Positions 56,970 through 64,000 of a stretch of 64,000 nt of DNA are shown piece after piece. Under the pieces are notes generated by a model that did no database searches, had not been told where the DNA came from, and saw nothing but the letters and a program-made list of their open reading frames with translations. The stretch's first letter is position 1, and every line of letters starts with the position of its first letter. Source of the DNA: Frankiales bacterium. Its GTDB lineage: Bacteria; Actinomycetota; Actinomycetes; JAFAQI01. Position numbers and translations under genes: made by a program. Where the stretch lies: the NCBI GenBank assembly GCA_025980465.1, contig JAICXJ010000011.1, positions 11,056-75,055 on the forward strand, read 5' to 3'.

Positions 56970-57034
56970 GACTATGAGACGAACGAGGCTCTCACCGGGT
57001 TGGAGATCTTCGGCCGATTATGCGGCTTCGCTGC

Positions 57035-58015
57035 TCAACTGACGGTCAACACGACCTTGCCGGTGTGGCCGCCTTCGGCCACCAGTCGGTGGGCTTCGGC
57101 AACCTGGCTCATCGGGTACGTCGCGCCGACGACCGGCCGGACCTGGCCGGCCTCGATCAGCGGCCAGAGCCCCGCCACGACGGCGGCACAGATGGCCGCC
57201 TTCTCGTGGAGCGGCCGGTGCCGCAGCGACGTCGCGTGCACCGCCGCCCGCTTGCTCAGCAGGGTGGCCAGGTCGAGCTCGGCTCGGGTGCCGCCCTGCA
57301 TGCCGATGATGACGAGCCGTCCGTTGGTCGCGAGGGCGTGAATATTGCGGTCGAGATACGTCGCGCCCATGATGTCGAGGATCACGTCGACACCGCTTCC
57401 CCCGGTAGCGTCCCGGGCCGCTGCGACGAAGTCCTCGTCGTGGTAGTTGACGGCGGATGCCGCTCCCAGCTCCCGGCAGGTCGCGAGCTTCTCGGTTGTG
57501 CCTGCGGTGGTGATGACGGTCGCGCCGATGGCGCTGGCGACCTGGATCGCCATCGTGCCTATCCCGCTCGCCCCGCCATGCACCAGCAACGCCTCGCCGG
57601 CGGCGAGGTGCGCGAGCAGGACCAGGTTCGACCACACCGTGCAGCCGACCTCGGGCAGCGCTGCCGCCGTCGCCAGGTCCACACCGGCGGGGACCGGCAT
57701 CACCTGACCGACGGGTACGACGACGAGCTCGGCCTGGCCGCCGCCGGCGAGAAGTGCGCAGACCGGCTGTCCGACCTGCCAACCGGACACCCCGTCACCG
57801 AGTGCGACGATCCGGCCACTGCACTCGAGCCCGAGGGTGTCGCTGACCCCCGGCGGCGGCGGATACAGGCCCATTCGTTGCAGCAGATCGGCCCGGTTCA
57901 CCGCGCTCGCGGCGACCTCGACCAGCACCTCGGCGGGACCTGGCGCCGGGTCGTCGTACTCCGCCCAGCGCAGCACGTCGACGTCTCCATGCCCCTCGCA
58001 GCGCACCGCTCGCAT
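57035..58015 (-). CDS. qor: NAD(P)H:quinone oxidoreductase (MDR superfamily, zeta-crystallin/PIG3-like)
   Basis: 326 aa. Motifs GVSDTLGLECSG and LLVHGGASGIGTMAIQVA. Confidence 0.88.
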   Translation of the reverse strand: MRAVRCEGHGDVDVLRWAEYDDPAPGPAEVLVEVAASAVNRADLLQRMGLYPPPPGVSDTLGLECSGRIVALGDGVSGWQVGQPVCALLAGGGQAELVVVPVGQVMPVPAGVDLATAAALPEVGCTVWSNLVLLAHLAAGEALLVHGGASGIGTMAIQVASAIGATVITTAGTTEKLATCRELGAASAVNYHDEDFVAAARDATGGSGVDVILDIMGATYLDRNIHALATNGRLVIIGMQGGTRAELDLATLLSKRAAVHATSLRHRPLHEKAAICAAVVAGLWPLIEAGQVRPVVGATYPMSQVAEAHRLVAEGGHTGKVVLTVS

Positions 58016-58082
58016 GGGTCGTCACGCTACGCGCAGCACTCCCGCAATGATCCGGTCGCTATTTCGCGACGTAAGGGACATC

Positions 58083-59354
58083 ATGAACGCTGTGGAGGAG
58101 CAGGACTCGCCCCTGTACCGACGGGTTGAGCAGCGGCTGCCGCGGCTCGCCCAGCAGATGCTTGACCGCTTCGTCCAGGAGATCCCGTTCTACGGCCTGC
58201 TGCCGCGGGAGCAGATCGAAGGCGAGATCGCCGAAATCACGCTGGCGAACCTGCGGTTGTTCTTTCGGGCCTTGCGCACCGGTACGCCGATCACCGATGA
58301 GGACCTGATCGAGAGCCGGCTCTCGGCGGCCCGGCGGGCCGAGGAGCGGGTCCCGCTCGATGCCGTGCTGGCGGCGTATCACATCGGGGGACGGGTCGGC
58401 TGGGAAGCGCTGGTCGCGGAGGCGCAACCGGAGGAGACCGCGGCGCTGATCCTCGCCGCCGGGCGGGTGCTGGGCTACGTGCAGCAGATGACGGGCGCGG
58501 TGGCCGCGGCCTACCTCGAGGAGCGGCAGAGCATCTACGGCGAGGAGCGCGACGCGCTGCGGGCGGTCGCCTCGGCGTTGCTCGCCGGTGAGCCCGCCGA
58601 GACGCTGGCGGCGCGGGTCGGTCTTGCGGTGGCTCCGGCGTACGTGGTCCTCGAGGTCGCGATCGGCCAGCGCCACGACGAGGGCGACGGCGGCGTGGGA
58701 AGCGCCGTGGCGGCGCGACGAAAACTGCGACGGGTGCAGAGCCGGCTCGAACGCTGGTCGGGCGCGCCGGTGCTCGGACTGCTCGAGCCGGGCGGCGGGC
58801 CAGTGCTGCTGGCCACCACGAACGAGGAGGTCGGCAAGATCCTCGGCGGGCTCGAGGCGCTCACCGCGGAGCTGACCGATGCCGCCGGTACTCCGGTGAG
58901 CTGCGGCGCCGCAGTCGCGAGCACGCCAGCTGAGGTCAGTGCCGCCGCTCGGCAGGCTGTCGACGTCCTGCACCTCGGCATCGGGACCGGCCGCGGCCCG
59001 GGCGCCTATCAGCTCGCTGACGTACTGCTCGAGTACCAGTTGTCGCGGCCGAGCGACGCGCTGCCAGCCCTGCGCTCGCTACTCGATCCGCTCGAGCGCA
59101 ACCCCGATCTGACGCTGACACTCGAGACCTATTTCGCCTACGACCTTGATCGCAGGCAGGCAGCGGCGGCGCTGCACGTGCACCCAAACACGCTCGACTA
59201 CCGGCTGCGCCGCATCGTCGACTTGATCGGCATCGACCCCTCGACCTCACGCGGCCTGCAACTCATCGGCGCTGCGATCGCGGCTCGGAAGCTTCGTAAC
59301 GAGCCGGTACGAATCGACCTTACGCACGAAGAGGCGCGCGCCAAGAGCGTCTGA
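58083..59354 (+). CDS. PucR-family transcriptional regulator
   Basis: Start at ATG 58083 (MNAVEEQDSPLYRR...). C-terminal PucR HTH AAAALHVHPNTLDYRLRRIVDLIG. Divergent from qor. Confidence 0.8.
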   Translation: MNAVEEQDSPLYRRVEQRLPRLAQQMLDRFVQEIPFYGLLPREQIEGEIAEITLANLRLFFRALRTGTPITDEDLIESRLSAARRAEERVPLDAVLAAYHIGGRVGWEALVAEAQPEETAALILAAGRVLGYVQQMTGAVAAAYLEERQSIYGEERDALRAVASALLAGEPAETLAARVGLAVAPAYVVLEVAIGQRHDEGDGGVGSAVAARRKLRRVQSRLERWSGAPVLGLLEPGGGPVLLATTNEEVGKILGGLEALTAELTDAAGTPVSCGAAVASTPAEVSAAARQAVDVLHLGIGTGRGPGAYQLADVLLEYQLSRPSDALPALRSLLDPLERNPDLTLTLETYFAYDLDRRQAAAALHVHPNTLDYRLRRIVDLIGIDPSTSRGLQLIGAAIAARKLRNEPVRIDLTHEEARAKSV

Positions 59355-59379
59355 CGCCTGCTGTGCCCGACATCGCGGT

Positions 59380-60321
59380 CTAAGCCAGCAACTCCTTCAG
59401 CGACCGGTTCATGTCGGACACCGCCGCGGCTGCGGCGGCCGACAGCGTCCCGAAGGCGAAGTAGCCGTGGATCATTCCGTCGTAGCGCTGCAGCCGGACT
59501 TCGACACCGGCGTCGGCGAGTGCCTTCGCGTAGGCCTCGCCCTCATCGCGAAGCGGGTCGAACTCGGCGGTTCCGATCACCGCCGGCGGCGCGCCCGCGA
59601 GGCTCTCGGCGTGAATCGGCGCGCAGCGCGGGTCGCGCAGGTCGATCCCGTCGGGCAGGTAGTGGCCACGGAACCACAGCATGTCCTCGGCGGTCAGCAG
59701 GTAGCCCGCTGCGTTCTCGACCCGCGACGGATAGTCCGCGTCCTCGTCGAAGTCGACACCGGGATAGATGAGGAACTGTGCCGCGAGTGTCGGACCGGTC
59801 TCTCGGGTGGCAAGCGCGACCGCTGCCGACAGGTTGCCGCCGGCGCTGTCGCCGCCGACCAGGATCTGCTGTGGATCGCCGCCCAGCGATGCGACGTTGT
59901 CGGCCACCCACTGCGTCGCCGCCATGCAGTCCTCGAAGCCGGCCGGGAACTTGTGCTCCGGGGCCAGCCGGTAGTCGACGCTGACGACGACGATGCCGAC
60001 GTCGCGGCAGATCAACCGAGCCTGGTCATCGTGGCTCTCGATGTTGCCGATCACGAACCCGCCGCCGTGGAAGAACGCCATGGTCGGCACCGGCCCGTCG
60101 AGATCGGGCCGATAGATCCGCACCGGGATGTCACCCGCCGGGCCGGGGATCGTCGAGTCCTCCACCGAGCGCACCTGCGCGAGCGTCGCGGGATCGCGCA
60201 TCAGCAGCACTCCGGTGTCGAAGAATGCGCGCGCCTGCTCCGGCGTTCCCTCGGCGAGGCGACCGGCGCCGTTTCCCGCCATCACTTGGAGCAAGGCGGC
60301 GATCTGCGGGTCGAGCGGCAT
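59380..60321 (-). CDS. Alpha/beta hydrolase, hormone-sensitive-lipase-like esterase
   Basis: Start at the internal ATG (MPLDPQIAALL...), 313 aa. HGGGF oxyanion motif, GDSAGG nucleophile, then DPLRDE and HGY. Confidence 0.88.
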   Translation of the reverse strand: MPLDPQIAALLQVMAGNGAGRLAEGTPEQARAFFDTGVLLMRDPATLAQVRSVEDSTIPGPAGDIPVRIYRPDLDGPVPTMAFFHGGGFVIGNIESHDDQARLICRDVGIVVVSVDYRLAPEHKFPAGFEDCMAATQWVADNVASLGGDPQQILVGGDSAGGNLSAAVALATRETGPTLAAQFLIYPGVDFDEDADYPSRVENAAGYLLTAEDMLWFRGHYLPDGIDLRDPRCAPIHAESLAGAPPAVIGTAEFDPLRDEGEAYAKALADAGVEVRLQRYDGMIHGYFAFGTLSAAAAAAVSDMNRSLKELLA

Positions 60322-60344
60322 CGGCGATCCCTTTCTCGTGCAGG

Positions 60345-63300
60345 TCAGGCGACCCGCGATGAGGAGCTGAAGGCGTCCCACATTCTGGCGTATGCGCCGT
60401 CGGCGCTGATCAACTCGTCGTGCGTGCCGTCCTCGACCACGCAGCCGGCGTCCACGACCAGGATCCGGTCGGCGCCGCGCGCGGTCTGCAGCCGATGGGC
60501 GATGACGACCGAGGTGCGGCCGTTGGCCACCACGTCGATTGCGCGCGTGACGATCGCTTCGGCGGCGAGATCGAGAGTCGCGGTCGCCTCGTCGAGCAAC
60601 AGGATGGCCGGATCGACCAGCAGTGCCCGTGCCAGGCAGACCAGTTGTCGCTGGCCGGCGGACAACGAGCGGCCCCGCTCCGCAAGCGCCGTGTGGTAGC
60701 CGTCGGGCTGAGCGTCGACCCATCCCGCCAATCCGACCTCACGGCAGACTCGCTCGACTTCGACGTCGGTCGCGTCGGGTCGGCCGTACGCGACGTTCTC
60801 GCGGATCGTTCCGGTGAACAGGAACGGCTCTTGCGGCACGTATCCCAGTTGTTGCCGGTACGCCGTCGGGTCGAGCTCCCGCAGGTCGTGCCCATCGACG
60901 AGGACCTGACCCTCGGTGGGGTCGTAGAAGCGCGCCGCCAGTTTCATGATTGTGCTCTTGCCGGCACCGGTGCGCCCGACCAGGGCGACCCGTTGCCCCG
61001 ACTCGATCGTGACGTCGACGCCGCGCAGCGCCTCGGCGGTCGCGCCGCGGTAACGGAAGCGGACACCGGTGAACCGAAGCTCGCCGTGCAGCTCATCGAT
61101 GGGCAACGGAGCGGTCGGTGCCGGTGTCGCGGGTTCCTCGCTGAGCAGCGTGCGGATCTTCCGCATCCCGGCTCGTGCCTGTTGGTAGGAGTCGAAGACC
61201 TGGGAGAGCTGCTGGATCGGCGCGAAGAACTGGGTGAGGTAGAGCACGAAGGCGATGAGTACGCCGGCGAAGGCCGGGTTGTCGCGCAGCCGACTGACCC
61301 CGAGCGCCAGCACGAGCGCGGTGGCGACCTGCTGCATGAACTCGGTCGAGGCCATGTACCAGATCTGGATCGACAACGCCCGCAGTCCGGCGTCGCGGTT
61401 CGTTGCCGAGAGGTCGGTGAATCCGGCGAGGTCACGTGCCTCACGGGTGTGCGCCTGGGTGACCCGCACCCCGGCAAGCGACTCGGCGAAGGAGGCGTTC
61501 ACCGTCGCGACGGTGTCGCGCTGGTAGTCGTAGGCCACCGTTGACTTGCGTTGGTAGACAATGGTCGCCGCGATCATCACGGGAAGAACTGCCAGCGCCA
61601 CCAGGCCGAGGCTGAAATCCGTGACAAGCAGCACGACGGCGATGCCGACCAGCGTCGCGAGTGCGACAACTGCGTTGAGCAGACCGTTCTGGACCAGGTT
61701 CGACAACGTGTCGACGTCGCTGGTGACCCGGGTGAGGATCCGTCCGGTCAACTCGCTTTCGTAGTAGTCCATACCGAGCCGTTGCAGGTGGGCGAACACG
61801 CGTACTCGTAGCGAGGCGAGCAAGCGCTCCGATGCCTGGCCGGTCGTGACCGACGACGCCCACATGTCCCACCAGTCGAACAGCGAGACTGCGGCGAAGA
61901 TCGCAGCCACGACGAGCAATGCCGAGGTCGAGTGGTGCGCCACCCCACGATCCACTCCGGCCCGGATCAGGTCCGGCTGTGCCAGCGTGGCAAGCGCGTC
62001 GCCGATGACCAGCGCGAGGCTGACGCCGAGGATCAGTCGCTGCCGACGGAGCAGGCTGCGCAACGTCACCGGGCCCTCGTCGCGAGCGGCATCCTCGATC
62101 AGTCCGGCTGGTAGCCGGTCATTCGCAGCCGGCAATTCCTCGAGACTGTTCAGGAGGGCGGAGTTCGGCGCGAGCAGACCGACCATCCGCGCCCCGCCGC
62201 CCATCCCGCCACCCACCCACGGCGACGGGCCGGGGGCCGGGACGACCGTCGTTCGCCGCTTCGGAGCGTCCGCGCGGGTCGTGACCGGGCTGAGCAACGG
62301 TGTCGGGGTCGGGGCGGCGTCGAGCAGCTCGCGGTACCGCGCGTTTGTCTCCATCAGCTCGTCGTGGCTCCCGATCGCCGCAATCCGGCCGGCCTCGAGA
62401 AGCGCGACCCGGTCGGCGAGCCTGGCTGTCGACTCTCGATGTGCGACCAGCAGCGTCGTACGACCTTCGTGCCAGCTGCGCAGGGCTCGATGGATCTCGG
62501 TCTCGACGGCAGCGTCGACGGCGCTGGTCGCGTCGTCGAGCACGGCGATGGCTGGGTCGGCAAGCAGCAGCCGGGCGAGCGCGATTCGTTGTCGCTGGCC
62601 GCCGGAGAGCGTCAGGCCGCGTTCGCCGACGACCGTGTCGTAGCCGTCGGGAAGCTCGTCGATGAACTCGGCGGCTTGGGCAGCGGCGGCCGCGTCGTGG
62701 ATTTCTTCATCGGTGGCATCCGGTCGGCCGTAGCCGATATTGGCCCGGATCGTGTCGGAGAACAGGAAGGCTTCTTCGAACGCGATGCCGACCCGCGATC
62801 GCACCGACGCGAGGGTCGCGGTGCGGGTGTCGGTCCCGTCGATTTCCAGCCCACCGCCGGTCGGCTCGTAGAAGCGAGGGAGCAGCATCGCCAGCGTCGA
62901 CTTGCCGGAGCCGGAGGGACCGACCAGCGCCAGTACCTCGCCGGGCTCGATCCGCAGGTCGATGCCGTCCAGCACGAGCGGGGCGTCGGGCGCATAGGAG
63001 AAGGACAGATCGCGCAGCTCGACCAGCCCGTCGCCGTGCGGCAGTGGTCCGGCGCCGGGTAGGTCGCGAAAGGTCGGCTCGGTCTGCAGGACGGCGACGA
63101 TCCGCTCGACGCCGGCTCGCGCTTCTTGGGCCAGAGCCATGATCGCGCCGATCATCCGGGCCGGCGCGGCGAGCTGGACGAGGTAGGTCGTACAGGCCAG
63201 GAACGTGCCGAGCGTCATCCGGTGATGCAGTGCGAGGTAGCCGCCGATCAGCAGGACGCCGAACTGCCCGAGGGTCGGCACGCTCTGCAGCGTCGCGGTG

Positions 63301-64000
63301 AACGCCGCCCTCAGACGCGCGGCGCGCATCCGGCCGGAGTACATGCTGCGCACCGCGTCCATCACTCGCCGGGTCTCGGCCGGCTCCTGGCCGAACCCCT
63401 TCACCACCCGGACCCCGGTCACCGCTTCTTCCACTGTGTTGGTCAGCTCGGCCTCACGTTGCGAGGCGTCCCAGCTCGCCGCGAACACCCCGGGCCGTGA
63501 CCTCGCACCGAGGTAGACGGTGAGCGGCAGTACGACGCTGGCGACAACGCCGAGTTGCCACGACAGCACGAACATCGCGACGATGCTCGCCACTAGTTGC
63601 AGGACGTTGGCGAGCATCTGCGGACCCCATGCGAGGAACTGCTGAATCAGCGCGAGGTCGGCGCTCGCGCGTGAGACCAGCTGACCGGTGCGCAAACTTT
63701 CCAAGGCATGCGGGTCAAGTGAGGCGAGGTGCGAGTAGAGGCGGGTGCGCAGCCGGAACTGCACGTCGTAGGCCACCCGGCCGGCCCGCCACCGCCGGGC
63801 TCTGGTCGAGAAGAACCTGACCGCACCCAGCGCGAACAGCAGCAGGAGCCAGCCGCCGACCCCGGGCCGGCGCGGGTCGAGGCCGTTGTCGACGACGATC
63901 CGCGACACCAGGGGCGTCACGGTGATGATGGCGGTGGTGAGAACGGCCGCGCCGATGCTGACGATCAGCAGCCGGCGCGCCGGGCCGACGAATCCCCACA
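60345..64000 (-). CDS. Fused (TMD-NBD)x2 ABC exporter, Rv0194-like (partial; N-terminus beyond window end)
   Basis: One open frame holds two complete half-transporters. NBD1 has GPSGSGKST, LSGGQRQR and AVLDDATS. NBD2 has GRTGAGKST, LSAGQRQL and LLLDEATA. The frame stays open from the track start (63920) to nt 64000 (WGFVGPARRLLIVSIGAAVLTTAIIT). Confidence 0.88.
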   Translation of the reverse strand, partial: WGFVGPARRLLIVSIGAAVLTTAIITVTPLVSRIVVDNGLDPRRPGVGGWLLLLFALGAVRFFSTRARRWRAGRVAYDVQFRLRTRLYSHLASLDPHALESLRTGQLVSRASADLALIQQFLAWGPQMLANVLQLVASIVAMFVLSWQLGVVASVVLPLTVYLGARSRPGVFAASWDASQREAELTNTVEEAVTGVRVVKGFGQEPAETRRVMDAVRSMYSGRMRAARLRAAFTATLQSVPTLGQFGVLLIGGYLALHHRMTLGTFLACTTYLVQLAAPARMIGAIMALAQEARAGVERIVAVLQTEPTFRDLPGAGPLPHGDGLVELRDLSFSYAPDAPLVLDGIDLRIEPGEVLALVGPSGSGKSTLAMLLPRFYEPTGGGLEIDGTDTRTATLASVRSRVGIAFEEAFLFSDTIRANIGYGRPDATDEEIHDAAAAAQAAEFIDELPDGYDTVVGERGLTLSGGQRQRIALARLLLADPAIAVLDDATSAVDAAVETEIHRALRSWHEGRTTLLVAHRESTARLADRVALLEAGRIAAIGSHDELMETNARYRELLDAAPTPTPLLSPVTTRADAPKRRTTVVPAPGPSPWVGGGMGGGARMVGLLAPNSALLNSLEELPAANDRLPAGLIEDAARDEGPVTLRSLLRRQRLILGVSLALVIGDALATLAQPDLIRAGVDRGVAHHSTSALLVVAAIFAAVSLFDWWDMWASSVTTGQASERLLASLRVRVFAHLQRLGMDYYESELTGRILTRVTSDVDTLSNLVQNGLLNAVVALATLVGIAVVLLVTDFSLGLVALAVLPVMIAATIVYQRKSTVAYDYQRDTVATVNASFAESLAGVRVTQAHTREARDLAGFTDLSATNRDAGLRALSIQIWYMASTEFMQQVATALVLALGVSRLRDNPAFAGVLIAFVLYLTQFFAPIQQLSQVFDSYQQARAGMRKIRTLLSEEPATPAPTAPLPIDELHGELRFTGVRFRYRGATAEALRGVDVTIESGQRVALVGRTGAGKSTIMKLAARFYDPTEGQVLVDGHDLRELDPTAYRQQLGYVPQEPFLFTGTIRENVAYGRPDATDVEVERVCREVGLAGWVDAQPDGYHTALAERGRSLSAGQRQLVCLARALLVDPAILLLDEATATLDLAAEAIVTRAIDVVANGRTSVVIAHRLQTARGADRILVVDAGCVVEDGTHDELISADGAYARMWDAFSSSSRVA

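Noticed and set aside
62150-62300. Treating the ABC exporter as two separate genes, with the second starting at MGGGARMVGLL.
   Set aside because: There is no in-frame stop codon for the first half anywhere in the junction, so as sequenced it is a single ORF. The possibility of a sequencing error is noted in the findings.

Overview
This is a high-GC actinobacterial chromosome segment (about 70% by eye, not computed), densely coding on both strands. All calls come from reading the supplied translations and the DNA by eye, with no searches run. I saw no transposase, integrase, prophage or CRISPR array.

Gene content, left to right:
- **1-2815:** Flp/Tad pilus genes: partial cpaB, two tadE-like genes, one tadG-like gene and flp.
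- **3173-22809:** the conserved actinobacterial cell-division and cell-wall neighbourhood. It holds ppiA, a rhomboid protease, a thiolase, crgA, a class E sortase, an acyl-CoA ligase and trpG/pabA. A translationally coupled minus-strand chain follows: pknB, a PASTA pseudokinase, pbpA, rodA, pstP, fhaB and fhaA.
- **22948-23030:** tRNA-Leu(CAG), which ends that chain.
- **23054-38656:** a patchwork of accessory-type genes. These are a DinB-like protein, a DrrAB-like ABC-2 exporter, two divergent cyclase-STAND-TPR giants, a P450, a PaaI thioesterase, an MFS/MerR pair, a CAP-domain protein and an Fpg/Nei glycosylase.
- **38728-54858:** a TPP riboswitch with an NCS1 permease operon, then a glycerophosphodiesterase, arcA, an SDR, a PAS protein, larB-larC plus a UPF0016 transporter, a DUF4446 protein, pheA, serS, a HAD hydrolase, a PAP2 phosphatase, a Bpa-like proteasome activator, a tandem GNAT and a long acyl-CoA dehydrogenase.
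- **54948-64000:** a decayed yjbQ, an ECF sigma factor with a beta-propeller membrane partner, Qor, PucR, an esterase, and a fused Rv0194-like ABC exporter that runs off the right edge.

Findings most worth a second look:
- A catalytically dead kinase-like protein with a single PASTA domain sits in the pknA slot (16305-17360).
- Three STAND NTPases lie in and around the division cluster, including a divergent pair with class III cyclase heads.
- larB-larC is coupled to a UPF0016 transporter, with no larA or larE in the window.
- An ECF sigma factor is translationally coupled to an Asp-box beta-propeller protein.
- A (TAGC)x4 all-frame stop sits at the end of flp.
- A 31-bp hairpin tandem repeat lies between the sortase operon and the acyl-CoA ligase.
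- A yjbQ relic carries both a frameshift and an internal deletion.

I did not find an unambiguous new multi-gene system. The candidates above are hypotheses.
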